Source: an uncultured Methanosarcinales archaeon (lineage in GTDB: Archaea > Nanobdellota > Nanobdellia > Woesearchaeales > ARS49). From it: a DNA stretch of 64,000 nucleotides. Position 1 is the first letter of the stretch. Each line of letters starts with the position of its first letter. Location of the stretch: assembly GCA_964362535.1 (NCBI GenBank), contig CAYIEN010000003.1, positions 6,018 to 70,017 on the forward strand. Reading direction: 5' to 3'. A program made the translations under genes and the position numbers. Positions 28,133 through 37,833 of this stretch are shown here, one piece after another. The notes under the pieces are model-generated. The model saw nothing but the letters and a program-made list of their open reading frames with translations, made no database searches and was not told the DNA's origin.

Positions 28133-29278
28133 TTACGTGATTTCAAAGACTAACGCGCCAACATATTTTCCTCTCGCCACTCCTTGTGGAATCGTTGCGT
28201 TGATGGACAAACCCGCAACCTCACCAACACCCAAATGCGTTGTTCTCAGCACTGTTGTTATGATTGCGTCAGCATTTAGTTTTACGGTTATGCTTACATC
28301 AATCGGAACATTACCCGTATTCTGCAACGTTGGCCTGTTTTGCGTTGTTGTGTCTTCATCACCTTCCAAAGATAATGTCCCGCCTGGAGAAATTTTGAGC
28401 GCAAGCAACGGCGCATCCAAACTCACGCCCGTCACCGGCAGAATCTCAACAATGAATGCGCGCGTTTCTGTCTTGTTGCCATCCGTCGCAGTAATGGTGG
28501 CTGTGTAATTACCCGGCAGCGTTGTGTAAGTCAAATGAATTGTTGCGTCGTATGTGTCTGGACCGGATTCTTTCAGGTCGATGACTTCTTCCAAAAATGT
28601 TACTAAGACTGTTGCAGGCATCAGCGTATCAACCGTTATTGCGACATCGCCACCGATGCCCGGAATAATCCTGACCTGCTTTGTTATGCTCGCCTCATCA
28701 ATTACAGCTGTGTCGTTTACTTCCAACTCAATCGGAACTTCGAAACCGCCGCCCGTAACCGCGCCAAATACTGGACTTGCTGCCACAAAATCAAGCGCGT
28801 TATTACCCGTATCTTTTGTCCGTTGGAGGCTTTGTAAAGAGTCTGTGCCTGCATGAGGTGTGCCTTCAAACAAACCTGATTTGATCCCTACTTCCTCACC
28901 CCAACCCACCGCGTCAATAATCGCACCTGTGCTGTCCTTGATTGCAATGCCTGCGTCTGTGTTTGCCATCGTAATAGGCTCTTCGTGCTGCGCGGACGGA
29001 AGGTCGCCCCGTAGAGCTTCCCAACCCGCGTCAGCAATGATATACGTCCCTCCAGAAGAAAGGACGGAGTCGGACGGCACGATTGCATCGGTAAGTGAAG
29101 CTTCCGTGGCAAGCACCCACCCTGATATGTCAACCGCGGATATGCCCTTGTTTTGCAACAAGACAGCCTCCCCGCCCGACTCCGAAGCGGGATCGTAAAG
29201 AACTTCTTGAATTACTACTTGCGCTGAAACCGTTGATATTAGCATTAACGCGAAAATAATCAAGATCACCCATTTCAT
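28133..29278 (-). CDS. Secreted/surface protein with lamin-tail domain (LTD) and Ig-like beta-rich repeats
   Basis: Signal peptide MKWVILIIFALMLISTVSA; LTD signature VVIQEVLYDPASESGGEAVLLQNKGISAVDISGWVL; T/V/I-rich beta-strand repeats. Confidence 0.55.
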   Translation of the reverse strand: MKWVILIIFALMLISTVSAQVVIQEVLYDPASESGGEAVLLQNKGISAVDISGWVLATEASLTDAIVPSDSVLSSGGTYIIADAGWEALRGDLPSAQHEEPITMANTDAGIAIKDSTGAIIDAVGWGEEVGIKSGLFEGTPHAGTDSLQSLQRTKDTGNNALDFVAASPVFGAVTGGGFEVPIELEVNDTAVIDEASITKQVRIIPGIGGDVAITVDTLMPATVLVTFLEEVIDLKESGPDTYDATIHLTYTTLPGNYTATITATDGNKTETRAFIVEILPVTGVSLDAPLLALKISPGGTLSLEGDEDTTTQNRPTLQNTGNVPIDVSITVKLNADAIITTVLRTTHLGVGEVAGLSINATIPQGVARGKYVGALVFEIT

Positions 29279-29423
29279 AAAAATATCAAAGATGAACTCC
29301 TTAAAATGAGCATCTGACAAAAAAGCGGAAGAATGACTGAAAACTCCAGATGGTTTTGCGGAATTTACTATCTGTTACTTAAAAAGAAATCACGAGTGCA
29401 TGAAGGAAAGGAAGGAAAAAAGA

Positions 29424-29900
29424 TTATTCTTTTTTGTGTTCCGCAACGAGCGCTTCCAAATCAGTTAAGACTTGTGCATGTCTCAGTTCAGTAATGCTTC
29501 GAACTGCCTTTACTGTCTGTGCAATTAATGGTAATGCGTTTTGTAATGCTTCTTGTGATGCATATCTGAGATTAATTGTAGTCGGGTGATATTCGTAATA
29601 TTCAGAATCATTTTCGAGAGTCGTTTGACAGCCTGAAAGCTTTTCAATCGCAGGCCACGCCTCAATCGGGCAGCGATTTCCGAGTTCAAGCGTTACCATA
29701 AAATGATTATAGTCAAGATTCTCGCAAATAGTGCCGAGTTCATCTTGTTTGTTGGAGATTTGGTAGTTACAGTCACTTGATTGTTTGATGGTGATTTCCA
29801 TCTGATAAATCGCAGAAAATGCCTGCTCAATTAAAGGAATCATTACTTTTGCTCGTGCAGCATATTTTTCGTTTTCCGCAGAGAGTTCTTTTTCGTTCAT
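29424..29900 (-). CDS. Hypothetical protein (158 aa)
   Basis: No motif recognised. Confidence 0.35.
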   Translation of the reverse strand: MNEKELSAENEKYAARAKVMIPLIEQAFSAIYQMEITIKQSSDCNYQISNKQDELGTICENLDYNHFMVTLELGNRCPIEAWPAIEKLSGCQTTLENDSEYYEYHPTTINLRYASQEALQNALPLIAQTVKAVRSITELRHAQVLTDLEALVAEHKKE

Positions 29901-29945
29901 AATGCACCTAAAAAACTAAAAATAAAAAAGAAAAAAAGAAGTGAC

Positions 29946-31316
29946 TTACTTGCCTTTCGGTTTCGCCATCATTGTTACGAGAACAATGATGATGACAACT
30001 GCTGCCAAGATACCAACAATCAACGCGGTGATGCCTGCGGGAGTGTCCAAGAAGGAATCATTCGCGCGAGCCTTAACGGTTGTTGAGGTGCTGCCGGTTG
30101 AGCCTGAACCAGACGGAGTCGGTGTAGGCGTAGGTGTCGGAGTCGGCGTGGGTGTAGGCGTCGGCGCAGGAGTGGGTGCGCAGTCTTCAACCTTTACACT
30201 CAACGACTTTCTGTCGCTTTCCGTGTCGGTGTTCCAGTACGAAATCACGTCAACAGCGTACGTGCCTGCCTTTGTAGAGGTCGGCAACACAACGTTGATG
30301 GTTCGTGAGCTTTCGTCGCTTTCATCAAGCTCGATCATGTCTTTGATGACACTGACACCGAGCGTCGGAACTGCGATTTCAACCGCGACTTCGTCTTCGT
30401 CATTCTTGCCGCTGTTGAACAGCTTCAACTTTGCGTCGAAGGAGTTCTTTCCGCACGCAAGCGTGCTCGGACTCAAGGAAGCCGTCTGAATTTGGATTTC
30501 GTGGCTTTCACGCTCAACCTTCAAGTCAATCTGGATTTTCTGACCGTGTCTGCCAGAGAACGGACTTTCGCCGCGTCCTTCAACAGTCACGTCAAGTACG
30601 TACGTGCCAGATGCTTCGCTATCAATTTCGACGTTGCTGATGGTAATTGAGTCTTCATCATTCGCGCTCAACGAAGAGATATCCTCATCTTCGTCAACAT
30701 CAAAGTCAGAATCGTCGATTTCAACATGAACCGTGACATCGTCAAAGTCAACATCGTCATCTTCACTGAACGTGTTTTCCACATCGACACGAATGTCAAT
30801 TTGGTCGCCAGGCTTCAAGTCCTTCAAGTCATCGCCATCTTCAAGCGACTTTTCATCTTCGCCGTTAACGGTAATGTAGACCTTCTTGATTTCCATGTGG
30901 TTCTCAATCTGCGCAGACAAAACGCCGCTGCCAGTGATGGTCGCTGCGCTTTCTGTGCCGGTCGCAACCATATTGCCGATAACGATTGCGTTGTTGTCCA
31001 ATGCACTGTTGACCGCATCATGGTTTTTTGCCAAAACGCTGGTAACCGTGACGGTCGCGGACGCGCCAGCAGCCAATGAGCTGGGAACGCCCGAGAATCC
31101 GATGCTGTAGTCACTCGATGCCGTAGAAGACATCGAAATGGCCGTAACTGTCGTGTTGCCCGAGTTGGTCAACGTGAACGTTGTCGAGACATTCGTGCCT
31201 GCATCAACGCTTGCGCTGCCCAATGTCGCGCTGGACACATCAAGGCTTGCGCTTGCAAGGCTCGCACTGAGTGCGAAGCATGCCAGCAACATAACCAATA
31301 GTGTAAGTTTCTTCAT
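29946..31316 (-). CDS. Cell-surface protein: signal peptide, Ig-like/acidic domains, (PT)n linker, C-terminal TM anchor
   Basis: MKKLTLLVMLLACFALSASLASA signal; C-term APTPAPTPTPTPTPTPTPTPTPSGSGSTGSTSTT + LIVGILAAVVIIIVLVTMMAKPKGK; SD GGAGTGGGGG before ATG 31316. Confidence 0.55.
   Translation of the reverse strand: MKKLTLLVMLLACFALSASLASASLDVSSATLGSASVDAGTNVSTTFTLTNSGNTTVTAISMSSTASSDYSIGFSGVPSSLAAGASATVTVTSVLAKNHDAVNSALDNNAIVIGNMVATGTESAATITGSGVLSAQIENHMEIKKVYITVNGEDEKSLEDGDDLKDLKPGDQIDIRVDVENTFSEDDDVDFDDVTVHVEIDDSDFDVDEDEDISSLSANDEDSITISNVEIDSEASGTYVLDVTVEGRGESPFSGRHGQKIQIDLKVERESHEIQIQTASLSPSTLACGKNSFDAKLKLFNSGKNDEDEVAVEIAVPTLGVSVIKDMIELDESDESSRTINVVLPTSTKAGTYAVDVISYWNTDTESDRKSLSVKVEDCAPTPAPTPTPTPTPTPTPTPTPSGSGSTGSTSTTVKARANDSFLDTPAGITALIVGILAAVVIIIVLVTMMAKPKGK
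30109..30180. repeat. Hexanucleotide-periodic tandem repeat (GGYGTMGGMGTM)n encoding (PT)n linker
   Basis: ggagtcggtgtaggcgtaggtgtcggagtcggcgtgggtgtaggcgtcggcgcagg; potential length-variable tract. Confidence 0.6.
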
Positions 31317-31458
31317 ATTGAAATACCCCCACTCCAAGAGTGTTGTTATTCCTTAGGAGTAATGGTTTATATATAAAGGTATCGGTCGTTTATGAAGGGC
31401 ATAACACGCACAATAGAGCTTTATAAAGGCAAAATGCCTGAGAAAAAAAGATCGTATG

Positions 31459-32472
31459 CTACTTTGTCATGAATTCATACGTCACTTTTGACGCCGAACC
31501 AATCACCCTATTCGCTTCCTCAACAGTTGCGCCTTTGCTCATTGCGCAAATAATGTAATGATGATCTTTCAAATAGACAATGCCGCAGTCATGCGTCGAC
31601 TCCTCATCGGGAGTCACGCCATATTTATGCGCCAAACGAATCGATGAGGGAATTCCGGACACGAGCTGCTCCTCGAACGGCGTATCTGCCAGCAAGGAAA
31701 GAATCTCGTTCGAGAACACCCGACGCAAATACGTCGACAAGTACAACGACCTGAACATGTTCGCATATTCCTTCACGCTCGCCTTGGTCACGTCGTCTTT
31801 TTCCTTTGGCCAGTCAAGACCCATCGCAAGACGGGCTTCCATCACGTCATCAAGCGATAGTTGATTCAGCAACGTGCGTGCAGCAGTATTATCGGACTGC
31901 ACCAGCGTATAATAAATCAGATCTTTAATAGTATATTCCGCTCCCGGCTCAACAAATCCAAGCGTGCCAAACCTTGAATCAATGTCAGTCGCCTCAAGCT
32001 TTATTTTATCCGATGGACTTATCATGCCATCCTGAATCCGCTTATATATTGCGACAACAATAGGTAACTTCGCCAGACTTGCCGGGAAAAACTTTTCGCG
32101 CTCATTCAACCCCATCCATGCCCCTGTCGTCAAGTCTTCCACATATAGGGCGTAATTACCGTGTACCGCCGGATCGTTGAGCAGGGCTAACATTTCTGTC
32201 CTGAGTCCAGTCAGGGAAACGGTTCCCGTTTTTTGAATTTCCAAAAAGTCGTTCACCTCCAATGCTGCGATGTCCGGACGAATCAACTCAAACTGGTTTT
32301 CCTTTTCAGCGGAATTCTGCCCAATCAACTGAGGCGTCAAGATCAAGGTATGCCACCACGCAACAGAACCGTTCACTAACACAATAAAAAGAATCAAAAC
32401 GCATACAATCAACGTCCAATTTCTTTTTGGCTTCCCCTGCCCTCCATGATCGGGATGCGTTGGTGCTTCCAT
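31459..32472 (-). CDS. Class A beta-lactamase-like serine hydrolase, N-terminal membrane anchor
   Basis: SxxK (FPASLAKL), SDN loop (VQSDNTAA), KxG (HKYGV) elements in class-A order; N-terminal TM helix. Confidence 0.55.
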   Translation of the reverse strand: MEAPTHPDHGGQGKPKRNWTLIVCVLILFIVLVNGSVAWWHTLILTPQLIGQNSAEKENQFELIRPDIAALEVNDFLEIQKTGTVSLTGLRTEMLALLNDPAVHGNYALYVEDLTTGAWMGLNEREKFFPASLAKLPIVVAIYKRIQDGMISPSDKIKLEATDIDSRFGTLGFVEPGAEYTIKDLIYYTLVQSDNTAARTLLNQLSLDDVMEARLAMGLDWPKEKDDVTKASVKEYANMFRSLYLSTYLRRVFSNEILSLLADTPFEEQLVSGIPSSIRLAHKYGVTPDEESTHDCGIVYLKDHHYIICAMSKGATVEEANRVIGSASKVTYEFMTK

Positions 32473-32548
32473 AAATCACTCTTTACAGAAGTATAATAAA
32501 AAGCTTTAGTAAAAACATATATAAAGCCCCGTTCTATTTAAATCTTCT

Positions 32549-32803
32549 ATGGATACTTGGGCAATAATAGGAATTCTCGGCGCCATTTGCATCACCATCG
32601 GTTGGATTCCTGAAATACTTGTTGGGCTCAAGAAAAAAAGCTTGAGAGGCGTTGCGTGGTGGCTCTTACTCATTGAGTTGGCAGGTTCGTTGTTGTTCTT
32701 GGCATATGGTTGGCACCTTGGCGACTCAGTTATTATCGGAACAAACATTGCTGCGAGCTTCTTCCTGCTCCTCCTTGTCGGCATCAAAGCCCACTACAAT
32801 TAA
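32549..32803 (+). CDS. SemiSWEET/PQ-loop-like small membrane protein (3 TM)
   Basis: 84 aa, 3 TM helices; GWIPEILVGLKKKSLRGVAWWLL resembles PQ-loop (LPQxxxxxxxKSxxGxS) with PE for PQ; leaderless from ATATATAAAG box 32518-32527. Confidence 0.4.
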   Translation: MDTWAIIGILGAICITIGWIPEILVGLKKKSLRGVAWWLLLIELAGSLLFLAYGWHLGDSVIIGTNIAASFFLLLLVGIKAHYN

Positions 32804-33798
32804 TTTTGTTGCGCGACAAACTGGTACGTTGTCTCAGAAACTGTTGAAATAATTTGCGTTGCCTTTTCCTGCGATATCCCTTCAACCATAACACACAACA
32901 TATAAGGTGTTCTCCCAGCGTATACAATGCCACAATCATGAAACTCTTTAGTCACAGCATCACCTTCAGAACGTACACCTATCTTGTGCGCCACCGTGAT
33001 ACCTTCCGGAACACCCGCAACAATCTGGTCATTAAACGGAGTATCACTCAACAAGGAGAGAATGTACTGAGAATGCTCTCGGGTTAGATACGTTGAAAGA
33101 TAGAGGGTTCTGAAAATGTTACTGTACTCTTTCGGCGAAACCAACGTTTGCTGGTTCTCAAAATCAGGCAACGGCAAACCCATTGTCAGCCGCGTTTCAA
33201 TCCATTCCTCAGGCGTGGTGATGTCTGCCAAGGCATTTGCAGCCGTGTTATCCGATTCCTGCAGCATGGTTTGGGTCATCGCACCTACCGTTGTGCGATA
33301 GCCCATGCCGCTCTGCGCCAGCAACCCGAATTTGTCATCCAAATCATTCGGCTGAAGCACGATTTCGTCTTGCAACGACAGCGTGCCGTCTTCCACTTTC
33401 TTTAAAACGGTCGCGGCCAACTGCGTTTTCAATAGGCTTGCCCCAACAAACTTTTGCCGCTCATTCACGCCAACCCACGACCCGCTCGTTAAATCTTCAA
33501 AATAAATACCTATATTGGTTTGGTTGTCAACTATATTATCATAACTTTCTCTTAACGGCTTGTAGTAGAGCGAACGTTGCGCGCTTGAAAAGTCATCATT
33601 GCTCAGTTTCGCGATGTCCGGACGCAACAATGAGAATTTTGTTGAAGGCATAACCTCATTTTCTCGCTCCTGCCACAAATCAACCGAAACCAAAACTCCA
33701 AGAAGAACATTAAACCCGATAAGCACACAAACAGCAATCAACAACCAATTCTTTTTATGATGTTGATGATGCTCCGCAGGAGGACTGTCCATATTCAT
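32800..33798 (-). CDS. Class A beta-lactamase-like serine hydrolase, N-terminal membrane anchor (paralog of 31459-32472)
   Basis: SLLK (SxxK), ESDNTAAN (SDN), HKIG (KxG); His-rich N-terminus then TM. Confidence 0.55.
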   Translation of the reverse strand: MNMDSPPAEHHQHHKKNWLLIAVCVLIGFNVLLGVLVSVDLWQERENEVMPSTKFSLLRPDIAKLSNDDFSSAQRSLYYKPLRESYDNIVDNQTNIGIYFEDLTSGSWVGVNERQKFVGASLLKTQLAATVLKKVEDGTLSLQDEIVLQPNDLDDKFGLLAQSGMGYRTTVGAMTQTMLQESDNTAANALADITTPEEWIETRLTMGLPLPDFENQQTLVSPKEYSNIFRTLYLSTYLTREHSQYILSLLSDTPFNDQIVAGVPEGITVAHKIGVRSEGDAVTKEFHDCGIVYAGRTPYMLCVMVEGISQEKATQIISTVSETTYQFVAQQN

Positions 33799-33981
33799 GA
33801 TTTATTCACAAGACTACATAAAGATTTGTGTGGTATTTGTCTATGTTCTCCTTTTCTGTGCCTCTATTGAGCGTAGCAATGGCACTATTAACAAAAAGAC
33901 TGACTGAAAAACTACCATGAACGAGAAACATGCAGGGGAAATTGAATAGGAATAGATGGAGATAAAAAAGATTCAGAACAA

Positions 33982-34575
33982 TTATCTAGACGCGTCTGCT
34001 TGTCTTTCCAATTCCAATTTCTTGGAGATTGCGAGTGACTTTTGGTCCAACTTGTAGGCTGCCAAAATTTCGTCAGCCAATGCGGTTTCAATTGCCATCT
34101 TTGAGTTGAAGCTCTTCGCGTACGCACCCTGCGTAAAGTATCTGAGGACAATGTCGATTCTTCGTTGCGGCGAACATTCGGTTGCCTTCGGATAACGCGC
34201 GCCACCATATTCGATCGTGACGATTTCTTCACGAGGAGCAGCGTTTTCAACAGCCTTAACGAAAACTTTGATCGGGTTTTCCTTCGTCTTTTGCTCGATG
34301 ATTTCAAGCGTCTTCTTAACAATCTCGTACGCCTGCACAGCCATGCCAGTCATCTGACCGGAACTGCGCCAGTGCTTGCCTGACTTCGAGCCAGGAATCA
34401 TGACCTTGTTGATTAAGCGTTCAACAATGAAGACCTTGCTCTTGTGGAACGAGTGACCAGCATATCGTGCGCCTGTTTTAGGAACGATTCTGGGAGCCGT
34501 GACAATGTATCGCTGGAGACCGAGGTCTTCCACCGCGATGCCTTCCGTATCCCATTTGTTAAATGCAAGAACCAT
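33982..34575 (-). CDS. rps7: 30S ribosomal protein S7 (uS7)
   Basis: NKWDTEGIAVEDLGLQRYI ... KSGKHWRSSGQMTGMA ... archaeal uS7; ORF-track 5' extension overlaps S12 so start set at internal Met (197 aa). Confidence 0.85.
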   Translation of the reverse strand: MVLAFNKWDTEGIAVEDLGLQRYIVTAPRIVPKTGARYAGHSFHKSKVFIVERLINKVMIPGSKSGKHWRSSGQMTGMAVQAYEIVKKTLEIIEQKTKENPIKVFVKAVENAAPREEIVTIEYGGARYPKATECSPQRRIDIVLRYFTQGAYAKSFNSKMAIETALADEILAAYKLDQKSLAISKKLELERQADASR

Positions 34576-34585
34576 GTGTGTAGTG

Positions 34586-35023
34586 TTACTTTCGTGCCTT
34601 TTCAATCTTTCCTGAACGCAATGCGAGCAGGCTCTGATCATTGACTTTGATAACTTGCCATCGAACGCCAGGAATATCTCCCTTGGCTCGACCCTTCTTT
34701 CCACCGATGCATTCAATCATGACTTCATCGTGTTCGTCAACAAGCTTCAATGCACCATCGCCCGGCAAAAATGCTGTGACTTGTCTTCCATTCTTGATGA
34801 GTTGGACTCGTGCGCACTTTCTCATTGCTGAGTTAGGCTGCTTTGCTTCCAACTGAACCTTTTCAAGAACAATACCCTTGGCCTGAGATGCGCCTTCTAA
34901 CGGGTCAGATTTGACTTTGAGATTAAGCATACGCTTGATAAATTTCTTGTTGTGCCAACGACCCTCATGTCGACGTCTCATCAAAGACTTCGCAACATTG
35001 AGGCCATTCGCTTTGTTTGCCAT
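34586..35023 (-). CDS. rps12: 30S ribosomal protein S12 (uS12)
   Basis: Conserved uS12 ([30 protein letters not shown]...); leaderless from TATTTAAAG at 35048-35056. Confidence 0.9.
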   Translation of the reverse strand: MANKANGLNVAKSLMRRRHEGRWHNKKFIKRMLNLKVKSDPLEGASQAKGIVLEKVQLEAKQPNSAMRKCARVQLIKNGRQVTAFLPGDGALKLVDEHDEVMIECIGGKKGRAKGDIPGVRWQVIKVNDQSLLALRSGKIEKARK

Positions 35024-35047
35024 TAGACTTCAAACCTTGAGTGGGGG

Positions 35048-35056
35048 TATTTAAAG
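35048..35056 (-). promoter_or_regulatory. TATA box for rps12-rps7
   Basis: TATTTAAAG 25-28 nt upstream of ATG 35023. Confidence 0.45.
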
Positions 35057-35120
35057 CTTACGGAGACGTTGCTTCTTGAGTAGCGAATTCTTTATATTGG
35101 CTGAAAATCCTTCTTTTGGT

Positions 35121-35423
35121 ATGGCAGAACCCCTCGAAATCATGGTCGTTCGTAAAAACAAAGACACAACGCTCTTTGCTGATCGAATGTATGATACTCC
35201 TAAGGTTCATCTTGGCAACACGGAATCTGTTCGTGTTGAAACAAGCGTTCCCGGCGCCAGATCACTCGCTATCACGTATGTTAATATCCCTGATAGTTCC
35301 ATCGTTGAGAATTTCCGCGCATTTGCCAAGACTATCGGTACAGGATATGATATTCCTTCAGCACGAACAGAATTCTACCTTTCACTCTCTGACAATACTC
35401 GCGTCTTGCTCATGGATAAATAA
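35121..35423 (+). CDS. Hypothetical protein (about 100-115 aa), start uncertain (TTG at 35076 or ATG at 35121)
   Basis: Protein-like composition; no motif. Confidence 0.3.
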   Translation: MAEPLEIMVVRKNKDTTLFADRMYDTPKVHLGNTESVRVETSVPGARSLAITYVNIPDSSIVENFRAFAKTIGTGYDIPSARTEFYLSLSDNTRVLLMDK

Positions 35424-35436
35424 GTCTACGCTATTT

Positions 35437-35787
35437 TCATTTTGGTAAATTCAATCCTTTAATCGACCACGTTCTTTTTTTCAATGCTACAGTAGGATCA
35501 TAGACTCCTTTCTGCGCACCAACACAGCTCATGTTGTAATCTCCTTCACCTTGACTTTGTAATAAAAACTCAGCATTCACGGTGTAGGCAAGATCAGGAA
35601 TCGGACTTCGATTCACGCGTAGCCACGTACTTCTCGGTAGCAACCAGCCGTTCTTTTGCATTACAAAGTAATACTTCGGACCGTAAAAGTTATTGTCTGC
35701 GTGTCCATCCTTGCACTCACGCAAATACTTTTCCAAGTCACCTCGTAGTTTCGGAGAATACGGTTTGAATAAATCAAAGAAATCCAT
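35437..35787 (-). CDS. Hypothetical protein (116 aa)
   Basis: No motif; downstream of zinc-ribbon protein, 7-nt spacing. Confidence 0.35.
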   Translation of the reverse strand: MDFFDLFKPYSPKLRGDLEKYLRECKDGHADNNFYGPKYYFVMQKNGWLLPRSTWLRVNRSPIPDLAYTVNAEFLLQSQGEGDYNMSCVGAQKGVYDPTVALKKRTWSIKGLNLPK

Positions 35788-35793
35788 TGTGAT

Positions 35794-36015
35794 TTACAGC
35801 GGAGTGTATATTGCGTGACAGGTTCTACAACCGTATGCTAAGTTGTCATCCCATAAGTCATTGCTACCGCACTTCATGCAGCGACCAGTGTAGTGACCGG
35901 TCGGTTCGTTATTTGGATTGTTTGCACTTTTCATTCTCGCAAGTTGTTGCGGAGAAAGTGCTCCTTTAACGCGCTTTTCTAATGCTTCATCATTAGCAGA
36001 TCGTTCAAACATCAA
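35794..36015 (-). CDS. Small zinc-ribbon protein (73 aa)
   Basis: C-terminal CMKCGS...CRTCH four-Cys zinc ribbon; ATGA-type overlap with nusA stop. Confidence 0.4.
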   Translation of the reverse strand: MMFERSANDEALEKRVKGALSPQQLARMKSANNPNNEPTGHYTGRCMKCGSNDLWDDNLAYGCRTCHAIYTPL

Positions 36016-36422
36016 GCAACCTTTATTTCACTAATCGGAAAGTGTCGTTTGACAATCATTTCTGTTGAGCGTAAATTCATCGCGCTTCTGCCAATCAACA
36101 GTCCACGCATTTGGTGGTTTGCCGCGTGCAGCGTAATCTTTGCGTCTTCCTGCACGATGTCTTGCAATTCCAGAGGATAAACAACATTGCGAATGAACTG
36201 TTTCAAATCAGTAGAATACTCAATAAATCGAATCTTCTTTTTAAGCAAGTTTTCGAGCTTCTTAACAACAACGCCGCCCTTGCCGATACAGCGAGCAATC
36301 GAGTCAGCCGGAATCAAAAAAGTAACTCTCATTTCCTCGAAAATAACATCCTTCGGAGTAACCCCCGAAAGCTGCTCGACAAGATTCATGATTTTGAGAT
36401 CTTCAAAACCGTACGTGACCAC
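36012..36422 (-). CDS. nusA: Archaeal NusA-like protein (two KH domains)
   Basis: IGKGGVVVKKLENLL and GLLIGRSAMNLRSTEMIV KH GxxG loops; position after rpl30e as in archaeal RNAP operon; GTG start. Confidence 0.8.
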   Translation of the reverse strand: MVTYGFEDLKIMNLVEQLSGVTPKDVIFEEMRVTFLIPADSIARCIGKGGVVVKKLENLLKKKIRFIEYSTDLKQFIRNVVYPLELQDIVQEDAKITLHAANHQMRGLLIGRSAMNLRSTEMIVKRHFPISEIKVA

Positions 36423-36428
36423 GAGAAC

Positions 36429-36698
36429 TTACTCCGTCACGCCAAGAATGCTGACGCCAAACTGCTTTCTGCAGAGCGCGCCCACTTCATCACTTGACAA
36501 CGGAAGCTCAACAACCTGCACGCCAGCCAATTCAGCAAAACGCTTAACGTCCTGACAAACATCTGCCTTGCAGTTCTTTGAGGTAAATACACGCTTAACG
36601 CCGCCCGTCTTGACGAGCTTCATCGTGCGTTCCTGGCCCAAAATAACTTTGCCCGCTTCAAACAACTTCTTGATTTCAACAATAACATCCTTTGCCAT
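36429..36698 (-). CDS. rpl30e: 50S ribosomal protein L30e
   Basis: 89 aa, KLFEAGKVILGQERTMKLVKTGGVKRVFTSKNC typical L30e. Confidence 0.85.
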   Translation of the reverse strand: MAKDVIVEIKKLFEAGKVILGQERTMKLVKTGGVKRVFTSKNCKADVCQDVKRFAELAGVQVVELPLSSDEVGALCRKQFGVSILGVTE

Positions 36699-36699
36699 T

Positions 36700-37833
36700 T
36701 TACAATTTCTCCTTTACGATTTTAGCGACAAGACCGGGCAAACCCGTACCGATCGGCACAGGCTGGTTCAACATGACGTTCTCAACAACCGAGTTGAGCT
36801 CGTCACTCTCGCCGACAAGCGCGGCCTCAATAATGTGCAAGATAGGAGTTTCGAAAGAAGCTCGTGCAAGCACGGAGTTCTTCTCGCTGATAACACCATA
36901 TCGGGTAACTCCCTTGACTTCACCTGAAACTGTCATCGTGTCAACAACCAACATAAAATGGCGGACATCAATATCAATACCCTGCGATTGGAATGCGTGC
37001 GAAACTTCATTCAACACAGCCTGACGCGCGGCTTCAATGCCGAGAACCGAATAGACTTCCAACACATCGTTGGTCGTCGTCTTGGTCGCGTCAACAAAGT
37101 CAAGCTCCAACACTTTCTTCAAGTTTGAGCCAGCCGTGATAATCAAAAACTCATCCTTTCTACGGACAGGCAACACCTGACGGATTTCCTTAATTCCAGT
37201 GATGTAGACCTTCTTGACTTCTTCCTTCATCTTATACAACTCATTCAGACTTTCGCCCTTGAGCTTGATCGAGATTTCAGAACCTTCGCCCTTGATGGTT
37301 GCTCCCTTAATTCCCTTTTCGAGAGCCTTGACAACCGTTGAAGCAGTAATGCTCAATTCCTTCATGCGTTCGGAGCTCAACTTTGCTTCGATTTTCAAGT
37401 CGATAACATTCATGTTGAATTCAGTAACGAGTTCGCCAAACGTGGTTTCTTTGAGAGCAAGCGCGAGTTCGCGAATGTCCTTGCCTTTGTTATACGGAGC
37501 TTTCAGGAAGATTTCCATCTTCGGAGTCTTGATTTCCTTGCGGCCGTCAAGCAATTCAACGACACGAGGCAAACCCATCGTGACGTTCATTTCGGCAACG
37601 CCCGCGAAGTGGAACGTGTTCAACGTCATCTGCGTCGAAGGTTCACCGATACTTTCCGCGCCAACAACGCCGACGCTTTCTCCCGCGTCAACCTGCGCAG
37701 CCATGAAGTCAGCATAGACTTGCTTTGCAACTTTCTTCAACTTGTTTGCCGGACACTTTTCTTCGATTTCCTTCAACAAGTGCTCGGGAAGTTTGCCGCT
37801 GTAATCATCAAGGTCTTTGTGCATGGTTTTCAC
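36700..37833 (-). CDS. rpoA2: DNA-directed RNA polymerase subunit A''
   Basis: 377 aa, conserved A'' (Rpb1 C-terminal) sequence; GTGA overlap with A' stop. Confidence 0.95.
   Translation of the reverse strand: MKTMHKDLDDYSGKLPEHLLKEIEEKCPANKLKKVAKQVYADFMAAQVDAGESVGVVGAESIGEPSTQMTLNTFHFAGVAEMNVTMGLPRVVELLDGRKEIKTPKMEIFLKAPYNKGKDIRELALALKETTFGELVTEFNMNVIDLKIEAKLSSERMKELSITASTVVKALEKGIKGATIKGEGSEISIKLKGESLNELYKMKEEVKKVYITGIKEIRQVLPVRRKDEFLIITAGSNLKKVLELDFVDATKTTTNDVLEVYSVLGIEAARQAVLNEVSHAFQSQGIDIDVRHFMLVVDTMTVSGEVKGVTRYGVISEKNSVLARASFETPILHIIEAALVGESDELNSVVENVMLNQPVPIGTGLPGLVAKIVKEKL

Noticed and set aside
33912-34322. 136 aa ORF overlapping rps7 in another frame
   Set aside because: R/S/K-rich shadow frame; S7 assignment is secure.
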